This document shows positions 42,998 through 52,247 of a DNA stretch of 64,000 bases, one piece after another (the first letter of the stretch is position 1; each line of letters starts with the position of its first letter). This stretch comes from an uncultured Thermodesulfobacteriota bacterium. GTDB lineage: Bacteria > Desulfobacterota > GWC2-55-46 > JADFVP01. The stretch is taken from positions 1,863-65,862 of the forward strand of contig CAZSAY010000003.1 of the NCBI GenBank assembly GCA_964605225.1, read 5' to 3'. The notes below the pieces were generated by a model. It saw nothing but the letters and a program-made list of their open reading frames with translations, did not search any database and was not told the DNA's origin. Both the position numbers and the translations under genes were made by a program.

Positions 42998-44107
42998 ATG
43001 GCCATACTTAAGAGAACTGATACAGACAGGCTTTTAATCCTCTCGGCCCTGGCGCTACTGGTTATGGGCCTGGTGATGGTCTATTCCACGAGTTATATCG
43101 TGGCCATGAACCGCTTCGGCGATGAGTTTTTCTTTATGAAAAAACACCTCATCTACGCCTTCATAGGGCTCGTGGCCTTTCTTGCGGCCTCAAGGATCCC
43201 ATACACCATGTACCGGAGGCTCGCTTATCCCATCCTTATGCTGGCGGCCCTGTTGCTGGTGCTTATATATGTGCCGGGCATAGGTTTCAAGGCAGGCGGG
43301 GCAAGAAGGTGGATACACCTTGGGCCGCTGGCCTTTCAGCCCTCTGAGCCCGCGAAGCTCGCCGTGGTAGTCTTTCTCGCCTATTCCATATCCTCGAGGA
43401 CGGAGAAGATTAAAGACTTCTACTTTGGTTTTTTGCCTAACATCATCATACCGGGTGTGATTATCGCCCTTATTCTCATGGAGCCGGACCTTGGCACCTC
43501 TCTTACCCTCTCGGCGCTGGTCTTTATCATGTGCTTTGCCGGCGGGGTGCGGCTACGGTATCTTTTCGGGCTCTTTATACCCTTTGTGCCTGCACTCTAC
43601 ATTGTGATTACAAGGTACGCCTATATGCTAAAGCGGATTCTCATATTCATTGACCCCTGGAAGGACGCGCAGGGGGCAGGGTTTCAGATGGTGCAGTCCT
43701 TTATCGCCTTTGGCTCAGGCGGGGTAACAGGCGTAGGGCTCGGCGAGGGCATGCAGAAACTTTTTTATCTCCCCGAGGCCCATACGGACTTCATACTCTC
43801 CGTCATAGGCGAGGAGCTCGGCCTTGTGGGCGTGGGGCTCGTCATTGCCTTTTACGTTATCTTTCTTATCTCGGGGATAAAGATAACCCTTAAGGCCAGG
43901 GACCTATTCGGCGCGTACCTTGCCCTGGGCCTTACCGTGATGGTCTCCATGCAGGCGGCCGTCAATATGGCCGTTGTCATGGGGCTGCTCCCCCCAAAGG
44001 GGCTAACACTGCCCTTTATAAGCTACGGCGGGACCTCTCTTATTATAAACATGGTAGCCGTGGGGATACTGCTTAATATATACATACTTCAGGACGAGGC
44101 TTCTTGA
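42998..44107 (+). CDS. ftsW: Peptidoglycan glycosyltransferase FtsW (SEDS family)
   Basis: A polytopic protein with SEDS motifs QPSEPAKL, LEPDLGT, PEAHTDFI and PFISYGGTS. Confidence 0.9.
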   Translation: MAILKRTDTDRLLILSALALLVMGLVMVYSTSYIVAMNRFGDEFFFMKKHLIYAFIGLVAFLAASRIPYTMYRRLAYPILMLAALLLVLIYVPGIGFKAGGARRWIHLGPLAFQPSEPAKLAVVVFLAYSISSRTEKIKDFYFGFLPNIIIPGVIIALILMEPDLGTSLTLSALVFIMCFAGGVRLRYLFGLFIPFVPALYIVITRYAYMLKRILIFIDPWKDAQGAGFQMVQSFIAFGSGGVTGVGLGEGMQKLFYLPEAHTDFILSVIGEELGLVGVGLVIAFYVIFLISGIKITLKARDLFGAYLALGLTVMVSMQAAVNMAVVMGLLPPKGLTLPFISYGGTSLIINMVAVGILLNIYILQDEAS

Positions 44108-44135
44108 TGAATATCCATATTTTAAGGGTGAGCGA

Positions 44136-45272
44136 TTGAAGTTTATCATGGCAGGCGGAGGCACAGGGGGACATTTGTTCCCGGCGATAGCCCTGGCCGA
44201 GGAATTAAGGGCTCGTGACAGCTCCGTCGAGGTTGAGTTTGTTGGCGTCAAGGGCGGGCTTGAGGAGAAGATTATCCCGGGCTACGGCTATCCCCTTACG
44301 CTCTTGAACGTAGAGGGTTTTAAGGGAGGGCGCGGCGCGCGGCGTGTTGTAGCCATAATAAAGGTTTTGGCCGCCACGATAAAGGCCATACAGATGCTGA
44401 GGGAACTTCGCCCCGACGGCGTCATAGGGAGCGGGGCCTATTCCTCGGCCCCCGTTGTCCTGGCGGCGAGGTTTCTGGGGATAAAGACCGCCATCATGGA
44501 GCAGAACGCCCTGGCCGGGCTGACCAACAGGCTCCTTGGCCATGTAGTAAACAGGGTGTATACGGCATTTCCAGAGGCGGGAGAGTTTTTTCCGCAAAAA
44601 AAGACTCTCCTTGCCGGAAACCCCATGAGAAGAGAGATACTTAACAAGGCCATGGAATTCCGGGGTCTTCAGGGTAAAGAGGTGGAGAAAAAAGATAAGT
44701 CCAGGTTTACCATACTGGTTTTTGGCGGCAGTCAGGGCGCCACGGCCATAAACGCGGCCTTTCTTGATGCCACGGAGTATCTTACGGATATCTGGGGCAA
44801 CCTTGATGTTATTCATCAGACCGGTGAAAAGGGATACTCCTTTGTGAAAGAGTCCTATGAGAGAAAAAAGCTCAATGTGCGGCTCTATAGGTTCATAGAC
44901 TTCATGGCCGATGCCTACGCCTCGGCGGACCTTGTGGTCTGCCGCGCGGGGGCTACCTCCATGGCCGAGATAGCGGCCTTCGGACTTGTCTCCATCCTGG
45001 TGCCATATCCCTTTGCCTCCCAAAATCATCAGGAGGTGAACGCCAGATGCATGGTAACCCGCGGGGCCGCTGTGATGATACGGCAGGAAAAACTTACGGG
45101 CAGATCTCTTGCCGATAGCATAAGGCGATTTTATGAGGACAGGGCTAAATTTTCGAGCACAAGAAAGAAGGCCCTTGATTTTGGCAGGGTCAACGCGGCA
45201 AAGGCCATTGTAGACGATTTTATGGGTATACTTAAGGTTAAGGACGGATTTCAGGTATCAGCGGCAACGTAA
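44136..45272 (+). CDS. murG: Undecaprenyldiphospho-muramoylpentapeptide beta-N-acetylglucosaminyltransferase
   Basis: AGGGTGGHLFPAIALAEEL, VFGGSQGA and CRAGATSMAE motifs are present. The start is TTG 44136 or ATG 44148. Confidence 0.9.
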   Translation: MKFIMAGGGTGGHLFPAIALAEELRARDSSVEVEFVGVKGGLEEKIIPGYGYPLTLLNVEGFKGGRGARRVVAIIKVLAATIKAIQMLRELRPDGVIGSGAYSSAPVVLAARFLGIKTAIMEQNALAGLTNRLLGHVVNRVYTAFPEAGEFFPQKKTLLAGNPMRREILNKAMEFRGLQGKEVEKKDKSRFTILVFGGSQGATAINAAFLDATEYLTDIWGNLDVIHQTGEKGYSFVKESYERKKLNVRLYRFIDFMADAYASADLVVCRAGATSMAEIAAFGLVSILVPYPFASQNHQEVNARCMVTRGAAVMIRQEKLTGRSLADSIRRFYEDRAKFSSTRKKALDFGRVNAAKAIVDDFMGILKVKDGFQVSAAT

Positions 45273-45295
45273 TCTTAACTTAGAAGAGGCTTAGT

Positions 45296-46699
45296 ATGTA
45301 CAGGGGAAGGATAAAAAGGATTCATTTTGTGGGTATAGGCGGTTCGGGCATGAACGGTATCGCTGAGGTTCTCTTGAACATGGGTTACGAGGTCTCGGGC
45401 TCTGATATCACCTGGTCGGCGACGGCAAAGAGGCTACGAAACCTCGGGGCCTCAATACATATAGGGCACAGGGAAGATTACATACGCGGCGCTCAATGCG
45501 TAGTGTATTCATCGGCTATCCGCGATGACAACCCCGAGCTTTTGGCCGCCTCCACGGCCAATATCCCCATAATACCCCGGGCGGAGATGCTCGCCGAGCT
45601 CATGCGCATGAAGTACGGCGTAGCCATAGCCGGGACCCACGGCAAGACAACGACTACCTCCCTTATAGCCTCCATACTCGCCGGCTCGGGGCTTGACCCA
45701 ACGGTAGTAACAGGTGGCAAACTTAACAGCCTCGGGGCCAACGCGCGCCTCGGTAAAGGCGATATCCTTGTAGCCGAGGCCGATGAGAGTGATGGTAGTT
45801 TTTTAAAGCTATCTCCCACCATAGCCGTAGTTACAAGCATAGACCGCGAGCACATGAATCACTACAGCGGCATGGATGATGTCTATGACGCCTACATGGG
45901 TTTTATGAACAAGGTGCCTTTTTACGGTTGCGCCATATTATGTCTGGACCACCCGGCCATTCAGGCCCTTCTTCCCAGAGTATCAAGAAGGTTCATCACC
46001 TATGGCCTCGCGGCTCAGGCCGATATGCACGGCGCCAATCTTGTCTATGATGGCATGAAGACCTCCTTTGACCTCTTTGTCCTTGGGAAAAAACTCGGGC
46101 GCATAAGCCTCAGGCTCCCCGGTGACCACAATGTGCAAAACGCCCTTGCCGCCGCCTCCGTGGCCCTTGAGCTTGATATAGGTTTTGATGAGATAAAAAA
46201 GGGCCTTGAGTCCTTTTCCGGGGTAGAGCGGAGGTTCCACGTAAGGGGCACGCCGCGTGGAGTTACGGTAGTAGACGACTACGGCCATCACCCCGAGGAG
46301 ATAAAGGCCGTGCTCGGCGGGGCCAAGCAGAGCTTCAAAAAGAGGATAGTGGCCGTATTCCAGCCTCACAGGTTCTCAAGGACAGCCGATCTCTTCAATG
46401 ATTTTCTCTCTGCCTTTAATGATGTGGATACCCTTATCGTCACGGATATATACCCCGCCGGCGAGGACCCCATCAAGGGCATAGACGGCCACACGTTAAG
46501 TAACGCCATCAAGGAACACGGTCACAAGGATGTTACATATATAAAAGACGTTGCCGATGTGCCGGCCTACCTTAAGGGCATGGTGCGTAGCGGGGATCTT
46601 GTTATCACCCTGGGGGCCGGAGATGTCTGGAAGGCGGGCACGGGGCTTGTGAAGCTACTTAAGACCGGCGATGAAGGCGTTAATCTAAGGGTACTCTGA
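45296..46699 (+). CDS. murC: UDP-N-acetylmuramate--L-alanine ligase
   Basis: HFVGIGGSGMNGIAEVL, IAGTHGKTTTTS and DDYGHHP motifs are present. Confidence 0.9.
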   Translation: MYRGRIKRIHFVGIGGSGMNGIAEVLLNMGYEVSGSDITWSATAKRLRNLGASIHIGHREDYIRGAQCVVYSSAIRDDNPELLAASTANIPIIPRAEMLAELMRMKYGVAIAGTHGKTTTTSLIASILAGSGLDPTVVTGGKLNSLGANARLGKGDILVAEADESDGSFLKLSPTIAVVTSIDREHMNHYSGMDDVYDAYMGFMNKVPFYGCAILCLDHPAIQALLPRVSRRFITYGLAAQADMHGANLVYDGMKTSFDLFVLGKKLGRISLRLPGDHNVQNALAAASVALELDIGFDEIKKGLESFSGVERRFHVRGTPRGVTVVDDYGHHPEEIKAVLGGAKQSFKKRIVAVFQPHRFSRTADLFNDFLSAFNDVDTLIVTDIYPAGEDPIKGIDGHTLSNAIKEHGHKDVTYIKDVADVPAYLKGMVRSGDLVITLGAGDVWKAGTGLVKLLKTGDEGVNLRVL

Positions 46700-47629
46700 A
46701 TGAAGGATAATAATCTCTCTCGTCAGTATCCGCTTATCTTCGTGGAGCGTTTTAAGGGTAGGATACTCTTCAACGCGCCTATGGCGGATTATACATCTTT
46801 CGGGATAGGCGGACCGGCTGATGTCATGGCCTTTCCAGTGGATGAGCATGACCTGAAGGAGATACTGCGCTTTGCCGTCTCAAAGAAGTTTTCTTTTTTT
46901 ATTATGGGAATGGGGACAAATATCTTGGTAAGGGACGGCGGGTATCGGGGGATTGTAATTAATATGAGAGAGGGCCTGCGCGATACTGTTTGGAATGAGG
47001 AGGCCGCCACTGCCGTTGTGGACGCGGGCGTTAAGACACCGGCCTTTGTGGCTTCGAGTGCAGAGAAAGGCCTCTCGGGCATGGAGTTCGCATGTTCCAT
47101 CCCGGGTTCCATGGGCGGGGCGGCGGTGATGAACGCCGGGGCCTATGGCCGTGACATGAGCGCTGTCATGGAGGGCGTGGAGGTGATGAGCCGTAAGGGG
47201 GTGAAAAGTTTCGTCCCTGCCGCGGATATGGAACTGACCTACAGGTCCTCAAAATTAAAAGAGGCTTCTGTTGTTGTAAGGGTCCATATAAGGCTTGGAA
47301 AGAGCACGCCGGAGAAGGTGAAGGAGAGGATAAAGGGTTTTGTGGAGAAAAGGCGGACCACGGCCTCTATTGCCCACGCCAACGCCGGGTCCATATTCAA
47401 AAATCCCGCGGGGGTACCTGCGGGCAGGCTCATAGAGGAGGCGGGTTTCAAGGGTAGCGCCGAGGGCGGGGCATCTGTCTCAGAGGTACACGCCAATTAT
47501 ATAGTCAATAACGGCGGGGCAAGGGCCTCTGATGTTCTCTCTTTAATGGCCCTTGTGCGTGACGGTGTTTACAGTAGATCGGGAATACTGCTTGAGCCGG
47601 AGATAAAGGTTGTAGGAGAAGATGGCTAG
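46700..47629 (+). CDS. murB: UDP-N-acetylenolpyruvoylglucosamine reductase
   Basis: An FAD-binding region (FGIGGPAD, GMGTNILV) and a C-terminal segment (GSIFKNP, SEVHANYIVN) are present. Confidence 0.9.
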   Translation: MKDNNLSRQYPLIFVERFKGRILFNAPMADYTSFGIGGPADVMAFPVDEHDLKEILRFAVSKKFSFFIMGMGTNILVRDGGYRGIVINMREGLRDTVWNEEAATAVVDAGVKTPAFVASSAEKGLSGMEFACSIPGSMGGAAVMNAGAYGRDMSAVMEGVEVMSRKGVKSFVPAADMELTYRSSKLKEASVVVRVHIRLGKSTPEKVKERIKGFVEKRRTTASIAHANAGSIFKNPAGVPAGRLIEEAGFKGSAEGGASVSEVHANYIVNNGGARASDVLSLMALVRDGVYSRSGILLEPEIKVVGEDG

Positions 47630-47653
47630 AGACGGGTCGGCGGAGAAAGTGTT

Positions 47654-48601
47654 ATGAACTTATTGTCGGATAAGCGTGTAGGGGTGCTCTTAGGGGGGGT
47701 CTCATGCGAGAGGGAGATATCCCTTAAGACGGGGGCTTCTGTCTTAAAGGCCCTAAAGGACGCAGGGTATGAGGCCGTCGCCATAGACTCCGGGAGAGAT
47801 CTATTTACAAGGATTAGCCGGGAGGGGGTAGATGTGGCCTTTATAGCCCTACACGGAGGATGCGGCGAGGACGGCTCGGTGCAGGGGGGCCTTGAGGTCA
47901 TGGGCATACCCTATACTGGTTCCGGCGTGCTCGCAAGCGCCATTGCCATGGATAAGATAAGCGCAAAGAAGATTTTTTCCATCAACTCCATACCCACTCC
48001 GGCCTTCAGCCTTGCCTCCATGGCCGGGGGGCTCGATGGGCTTGGCTTTCCCATTGTGGTAAAACCCTCGGCCGGGGGCTCAACGCTGGGGCTGAGTCTG
48101 GTGAAGGACCCTTCGGGGCTTTCAGAGGCCCTTGAAACCGCCCGTGGTTTTGGCGGCGCAGTGCTTATGGAAGAGTATGTGACGGGTAGAGAGGTGAGTG
48201 TCTCCATACTCGACAAAAGGATCTTTCCCGTAGTGGAGATATTAAAGGAAGGTGAGCTATACGATTACTCCGCGAAGTACTCAAGCGGCGGCGCGCGCTT
48301 CAAGGTTCCAGCTGATATGGAAGAGACCCTTCTTAAAAAAGTATCAGACGTGGCCTTAAAGAGCTACGCGGCGCTTGGTTGCAGGGGCGCGGCGCGCGTG
48401 GATATTATTGTAGACAATGATGGCAATCCCTTTGTCCTGGAGGTCAATACATCTCCGGGACTTACGGAGAGGAGCCTCCTGCCCATGGCCGCGGCCAGCG
48501 CGGGGTTAACCTACAGGGACCTTGTAGTGGAGATGCTCGAAGGGGCCTCTCTGGAGAGTTCCCTCTATGAGTTGGATGAGAATGAGACAGAGGGCTGTTA
48601 A
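47654..48601 (+). CDS. ddl: D-alanine--D-alanine ligase
   Basis: VLLGGVSCEREISL, ALHGGCGEDGSVQG, KPSAGGSTLG and LEVNTSPGLT motifs are present. Confidence 0.9.
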   Translation: MNLLSDKRVGVLLGGVSCEREISLKTGASVLKALKDAGYEAVAIDSGRDLFTRISREGVDVAFIALHGGCGEDGSVQGGLEVMGIPYTGSGVLASAIAMDKISAKKIFSINSIPTPAFSLASMAGGLDGLGFPIVVKPSAGGSTLGLSLVKDPSGLSEALETARGFGGAVLMEEYVTGREVSVSILDKRIFPVVEILKEGELYDYSAKYSSGGARFKVPADMEETLLKKVSDVALKSYAALGCRGAARVDIIVDNDGNPFVLEVNTSPGLTERSLLPMAAASAGLTYRDLVVEMLEGASLESSLYELDENETEGC

Positions 48602-49421
48602 TAAAAAAAAGAAGAAGAGGGGCAACAGGAGGCGCAGGGAGCCATTTTTAAAGAGGGCCGCGCACCGGTTGGCTGTTGCGCTAAAGGCGGGGTTGGCCCT
48701 CGCCCTTGTCTCCTTTATCGTCTACGGCTCATGGTGGACCTATGAACAGGTTATCTCAACGCCCCGTCTCGCCGTAAGGCATCTCTCTGTAAGCGGGGCC
48801 CTCCGGGCACAGCCCCGTGAGATTATAAGGCTTGCCGGGATAGAGGAGGGACAGAATATCTTTTCATTTTCCTCTTCGAAGGTAGTACGCCGGATAGGGG
48901 AAAATCCCTGGGTCCTTGAGACAGCCGTGCACAGGAAACTGCCCGGCACGGTAAAGATTCTCGTTAAAGAGAGGCGGCCCATGGCCATAGTAAAAAAGAT
49001 GAAAGGACTCTTCGTAATGGATAGTTCGGGAAAGGTGTTCAAGAAGCTCGCCTCAGGCGACAGCCTTGATCTACCCCTTGTAACGGGTCTTGGCCGGGAT
49101 GCGGCTGAGAATAAAAGCGCCCTTATGGCCCCTTTTTTGAGGCTCTTCTCCATACTTGAGAACAGGGATGGTTTTAACATTGAGAACGTCTCGGAGGTTC
49201 ACTGCGATTCCGATTATGGTTTTACCCTCTATACCCTTGATGACGGGCTGAGGCTGGAGCTTGGGAGGGAGGATTTTGAGGCGAGGCTCAGCCTCTTTGA
49301 GAGGCTCAAGACCATGAAGAAGGGCCTCCTGAGAGGGGTAGCGGCCGTGGATCTTCGTAAATACGGAGAGGCCGTGGTGAGATACGATAAAGAGACGGCA
49401 AAAGCGGGGGGAAGAGTCTAA
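48567..49421 (+). CDS. ftsQ: Cell division protein FtsQ
   Basis: It has a basic N-terminus, one TM segment, and a POTRA-like region (VSGALRAQPREIIRLAGIEEGQNIF). It sits between ddl and ftsA. The start is uncertain and overlaps the ddl end. Confidence 0.8.
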   Translation: MSWMRMRQRAVNKKKKKRGNRRRREPFLKRAAHRLAVALKAGLALALVSFIVYGSWWTYEQVISTPRLAVRHLSVSGALRAQPREIIRLAGIEEGQNIFSFSSSKVVRRIGENPWVLETAVHRKLPGTVKILVKERRPMAIVKKMKGLFVMDSSGKVFKKLASGDSLDLPLVTGLGRDAAENKSALMAPFLRLFSILENRDGFNIENVSEVHCDSDYGFTLYTLDDGLRLELGREDFEARLSLFERLKTMKKGLLRGVAAVDLRKYGEAVVRYDKETAKAGGRV

Positions 49422-50648
49422 ATGTCCAAAAATGAAAACATAGTCGTAGGCCTTGATATCGGCACCACAAAGATATGCGCCATAGCCGGCGAGAAAACCT
49501 CTGACGGCATCGAGATAATCGGCATAGGCACCCATCCCTCCAAGGGCCTCAGAAAGGGTGTTGTCGTCAATATCGAGAGCACCGTTGAGTCCATTAAACA
49601 GACTATCAAAGAGACGGAGCTCATGGCGGGCTGTGATATTAACAAGGTCTTCTGCGGTATAGCCGGAGGGCATATTCGGGCCTTTAACAGCCACGGTGTC
49701 ATCGCCGTAAAGAGCAGGGAGATTACACGGGCGGATATAGACCGCGCCATAGAGGCGGCGCAGGCCGTTGTAATTCCCCCTGATAGAGAGGTCATACATG
49801 TCATACCGCAGGAATATATAGTAGATGACCAGGCCGGCATAGAAGACCCTCTGGGTATGATAGGCATCAGGCTGGAGGTAAAGGTGCATATAGTTACGGC
49901 CGCCGTCACCTCGGCTCAGAATATTGTCAAATGCGCCAATAAGGCAGGTCTTGATGTAGATGATATCGTCTTACAGCAGCTTGCCAGCAGTGAGGCCGTT
50001 CTCATACCCGATGAGAAGGAGATAGGCGTCGTCCTTGTGGATATAGGCGGCGGCACCACCGATATTGCCCTCTATCATAACGGCACGATAAAATATACCA
50101 CTGTCATCTCCCTTGGCGGTAATCAGGCTACAGGGGATATATCCGTGGGGCTAAGGACCCCGGCGAGCGTTGCCGAGAGGATAAAAAAAGAGTACGGCTG
50201 CGCCCTGACGGCCATGGTGGGAAAGGATGAGACCATAGAGGTCCCCACCGTGGGAGGGCAAAAATCGAAGAAGGTTTCGAGGTTCATGCTCTGTGAAATT
50301 CTGGAGCCGAGGATGGAGGAGTTATTCGAGCTCGTAAACAGGGAGATAGTAAAGTCCGGGTACGACGCCCTTATCTCTTCCGGTATCGTGCTTACAGGCG
50401 GGTCCTCGGCCATGGAGGGAGTGGTGGAGCTTGCGGAACAGGTCTTTAATCTGCCCGTCAGAAAGGGCATCCCAAGGGGCGTGACAGGCCTTGTTGATGT
50501 TGTGAAAAACCCCATGTATTCCACGGGTGTGGGGCTTGTGCATTTTGGCACCAGGAAGGTGAACGGCACTCATTTTCCGCAGAAGGGAGGCAATGTTTTT
50601 AATAAACTCAGCTCAAGGATGAGGGGTTGGGTTAAGGAGTTTTTTTGA
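49422..50648 (+). CDS. ftsA: Cell division protein FtsA
   Basis: An actin-like ATPase with VGLDIGTTKICA, VDIGGGTTDIA and GIVLTGGSS motifs. Confidence 0.9.
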   Translation: MSKNENIVVGLDIGTTKICAIAGEKTSDGIEIIGIGTHPSKGLRKGVVVNIESTVESIKQTIKETELMAGCDINKVFCGIAGGHIRAFNSHGVIAVKSREITRADIDRAIEAAQAVVIPPDREVIHVIPQEYIVDDQAGIEDPLGMIGIRLEVKVHIVTAAVTSAQNIVKCANKAGLDVDDIVLQQLASSEAVLIPDEKEIGVVLVDIGGGTTDIALYHNGTIKYTTVISLGGNQATGDISVGLRTPASVAERIKKEYGCALTAMVGKDETIEVPTVGGQKSKKVSRFMLCEILEPRMEELFELVNREIVKSGYDALISSGIVLTGGSSAMEGVVELAEQVFNLPVRKGIPRGVTGLVDVVKNPMYSTGVGLVHFGTRKVNGTHFPQKGGNVFNKLSSRMRGWVKEFF

Positions 50649-50699
50649 GAGGTCAATTATTATCTATCGGGATTTATTATATATCAACAGGAGGCGCTG

Positions 50700-51890
50700 A
50701 TGGATTTTACAAAGGAGGGGGATATGAATATACGGTTTGATGACGGTTTTAACGCCGGGGCGAAGCTCAAGGTAGTAGGCGTGGGCGGGTGCGGCGGTAA
50801 TGCCGTAAACACCATGATAGACTTCGGTCTGCAGGGTGTGGAGTTTCTCGTGGCCAATACTGACGTGCAGGCCCTTGGCAGATCTGCCGCCGGGATGAAG
50901 ATTCAGATAGGCTCAATGCTCACAAAGGGCCTTGGCGCCGGAGCAAACCCCGAGGTAGGGAGAAACGCCGCCATTGAGAGCAGGGACGTGCTCCTTGATA
51001 GCCTCTCCGGGGCGGACATGGTCTTTATAACCGCCGGCATGGGCGGCGGCACGGGCACAGGGGCCAGCTCCGTGATAGCCGAAGTGGCAAGAGAGACAGG
51101 CGCCCTTACCGTGGCCGTGGTGACAAAACCCTTTGCCTTTGAGGGCTCGAAGAAGATGAGGCAGGCCGAGGAGGGCCTTGAGAGGTTAAAGGATGTGGTG
51201 GATACGGTCATTACCATCCCCAACCAGAGGCTCCTCTCCGTATCGTGCAAGAACACTACCCTTGCCGCGGCCTTTCAGATGGCCGACGAGGTTTTATTGC
51301 AGGCCGTCAAGGGTATATCAGACGTAATAACCGTGCCCGGGCTCGTTAACGTTGACTTTGCCGATGTAAAGACCATCATGAGTGAGATGGGGCAGGCCCT
51401 TATGGGTAGCGGCACGGGTAGCGGCGAGCAGAGGGCTCAGGACGCCGCCCGCAAGGCCATATCCTCACCGCTCCTTGAGGACGTCTCCATCAGCGGCGCC
51501 AGGGGCGTGCTCCTTAACATAACGGGTTCCTCGGATATGAGCATACATGATGTCAACGAGGCCTCAAGCCTTATTCACGAAGAGGCACATGATGACGCGC
51601 ATATCATATTCGGAGCAGTAATTGATGACAGGATGGGTGAGGAGGTAAGGGTTACGGTCATTGCCACGGGTTTTGGCGAAACCGATGAAGAGGCCCTGCC
51701 TGTTGAGCGTATCCCCGCGGCCCATGTGATAAACGACCTTGATGTGCCCACGGTTATAAGGCACGAAAAGGTCAAGTCTCTGGGCTTCAACACCAATGAG
51801 ATAAAAAGGCTCGGCCAGCTCGCGGGGCATAATACCGATGATGAGGATATCTACGATACACCCACGTTCCTCCGTAAGCAGGCAGATTAA
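50700..51890 (+). CDS. ftsZ: Cell division GTPase FtsZ
   Basis: [10 protein letters not shown], the tubulin signature [10 protein letters not shown] and NVDFADV are present, with a C-terminal conserved peptide [20 protein letters not shown] lies 5 nt upstream. Confidence 0.95.
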   Translation: MDFTKEGDMNIRFDDGFNAGAKLKVVGVGGCGGNAVNTMIDFGLQGVEFLVANTDVQALGRSAAGMKIQIGSMLTKGLGAGANPEVGRNAAIESRDVLLDSLSGADMVFITAGMGGGTGTGASSVIAEVARETGALTVAVVTKPFAFEGSKKMRQAEEGLERLKDVVDTVITIPNQRLLSVSCKNTTLAAAFQMADEVLLQAVKGISDVITVPGLVNVDFADVKTIMSEMGQALMGSGTGSGEQRAQDAARKAISSPLLEDVSISGARGVLLNITGSSDMSIHDVNEASSLIHEEAHDDAHIIFGAVIDDRMGEEVRVTVIATGFGETDEEALPVERIPAAHVINDLDVPTVIRHEKVKSLGFNTNEIKRLGQLAGHNTDDEDIYDTPTFLRKQAD

Positions 51891-52005
51891 CGGCATAAGG
51901 TACTAAGCTCCGCGGGCCCTTCGGGGGGGGCCGCGGAGACAAGGACTGATTCACAGGCTTGGCAAGAGGGCGTTTTTCGAAGCGTTTAACGTCCTCTTGC
52001 TGATG

Positions 52006-52174
52006 TTCAAGGCAGAGACCCCCAGGGGACTAATAGAGTCTCTCTTCAATGAATCCGTGGCCCCCTCATCCCGAGAGGCGCGGCGGCCCGCCAGACACAA
52101 AATCCTCCATTCAGGTGCAAAAACCTGGTCTTTTTCTTTCCCGTAAAGACCCCGGGGGGGGTCTCTGCCTTGAA
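52006..52174. other. Perfect 18-bp inverted repeat enclosing ~133 nt; candidate structured RNA or palindromic element
   Basis: ttcaaggcagagaccccc (52006-52023) is the exact reverse complement of gggggtctctgccttgaa (52157-52174). The stem can extend by GGGG (52025-52028) pairing with CCCC (52050-52053). Confidence 0.3.
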
Positions 52175-52247
52175 TCTGCCTCTGTTACATGTGATAATAA
52201 ATAGATTGTACTTTGCTCTGCCCTGGCCTTTGGAGGGTAAAGAGATT

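Noticed and set aside
51908-51938. Intrinsic terminator of ftsZ
   Set aside because: A GC-rich hairpin is present but it is not followed by a T-run. It is therefore not called as a canonical rho-independent terminator and is treated as part of the structured region.
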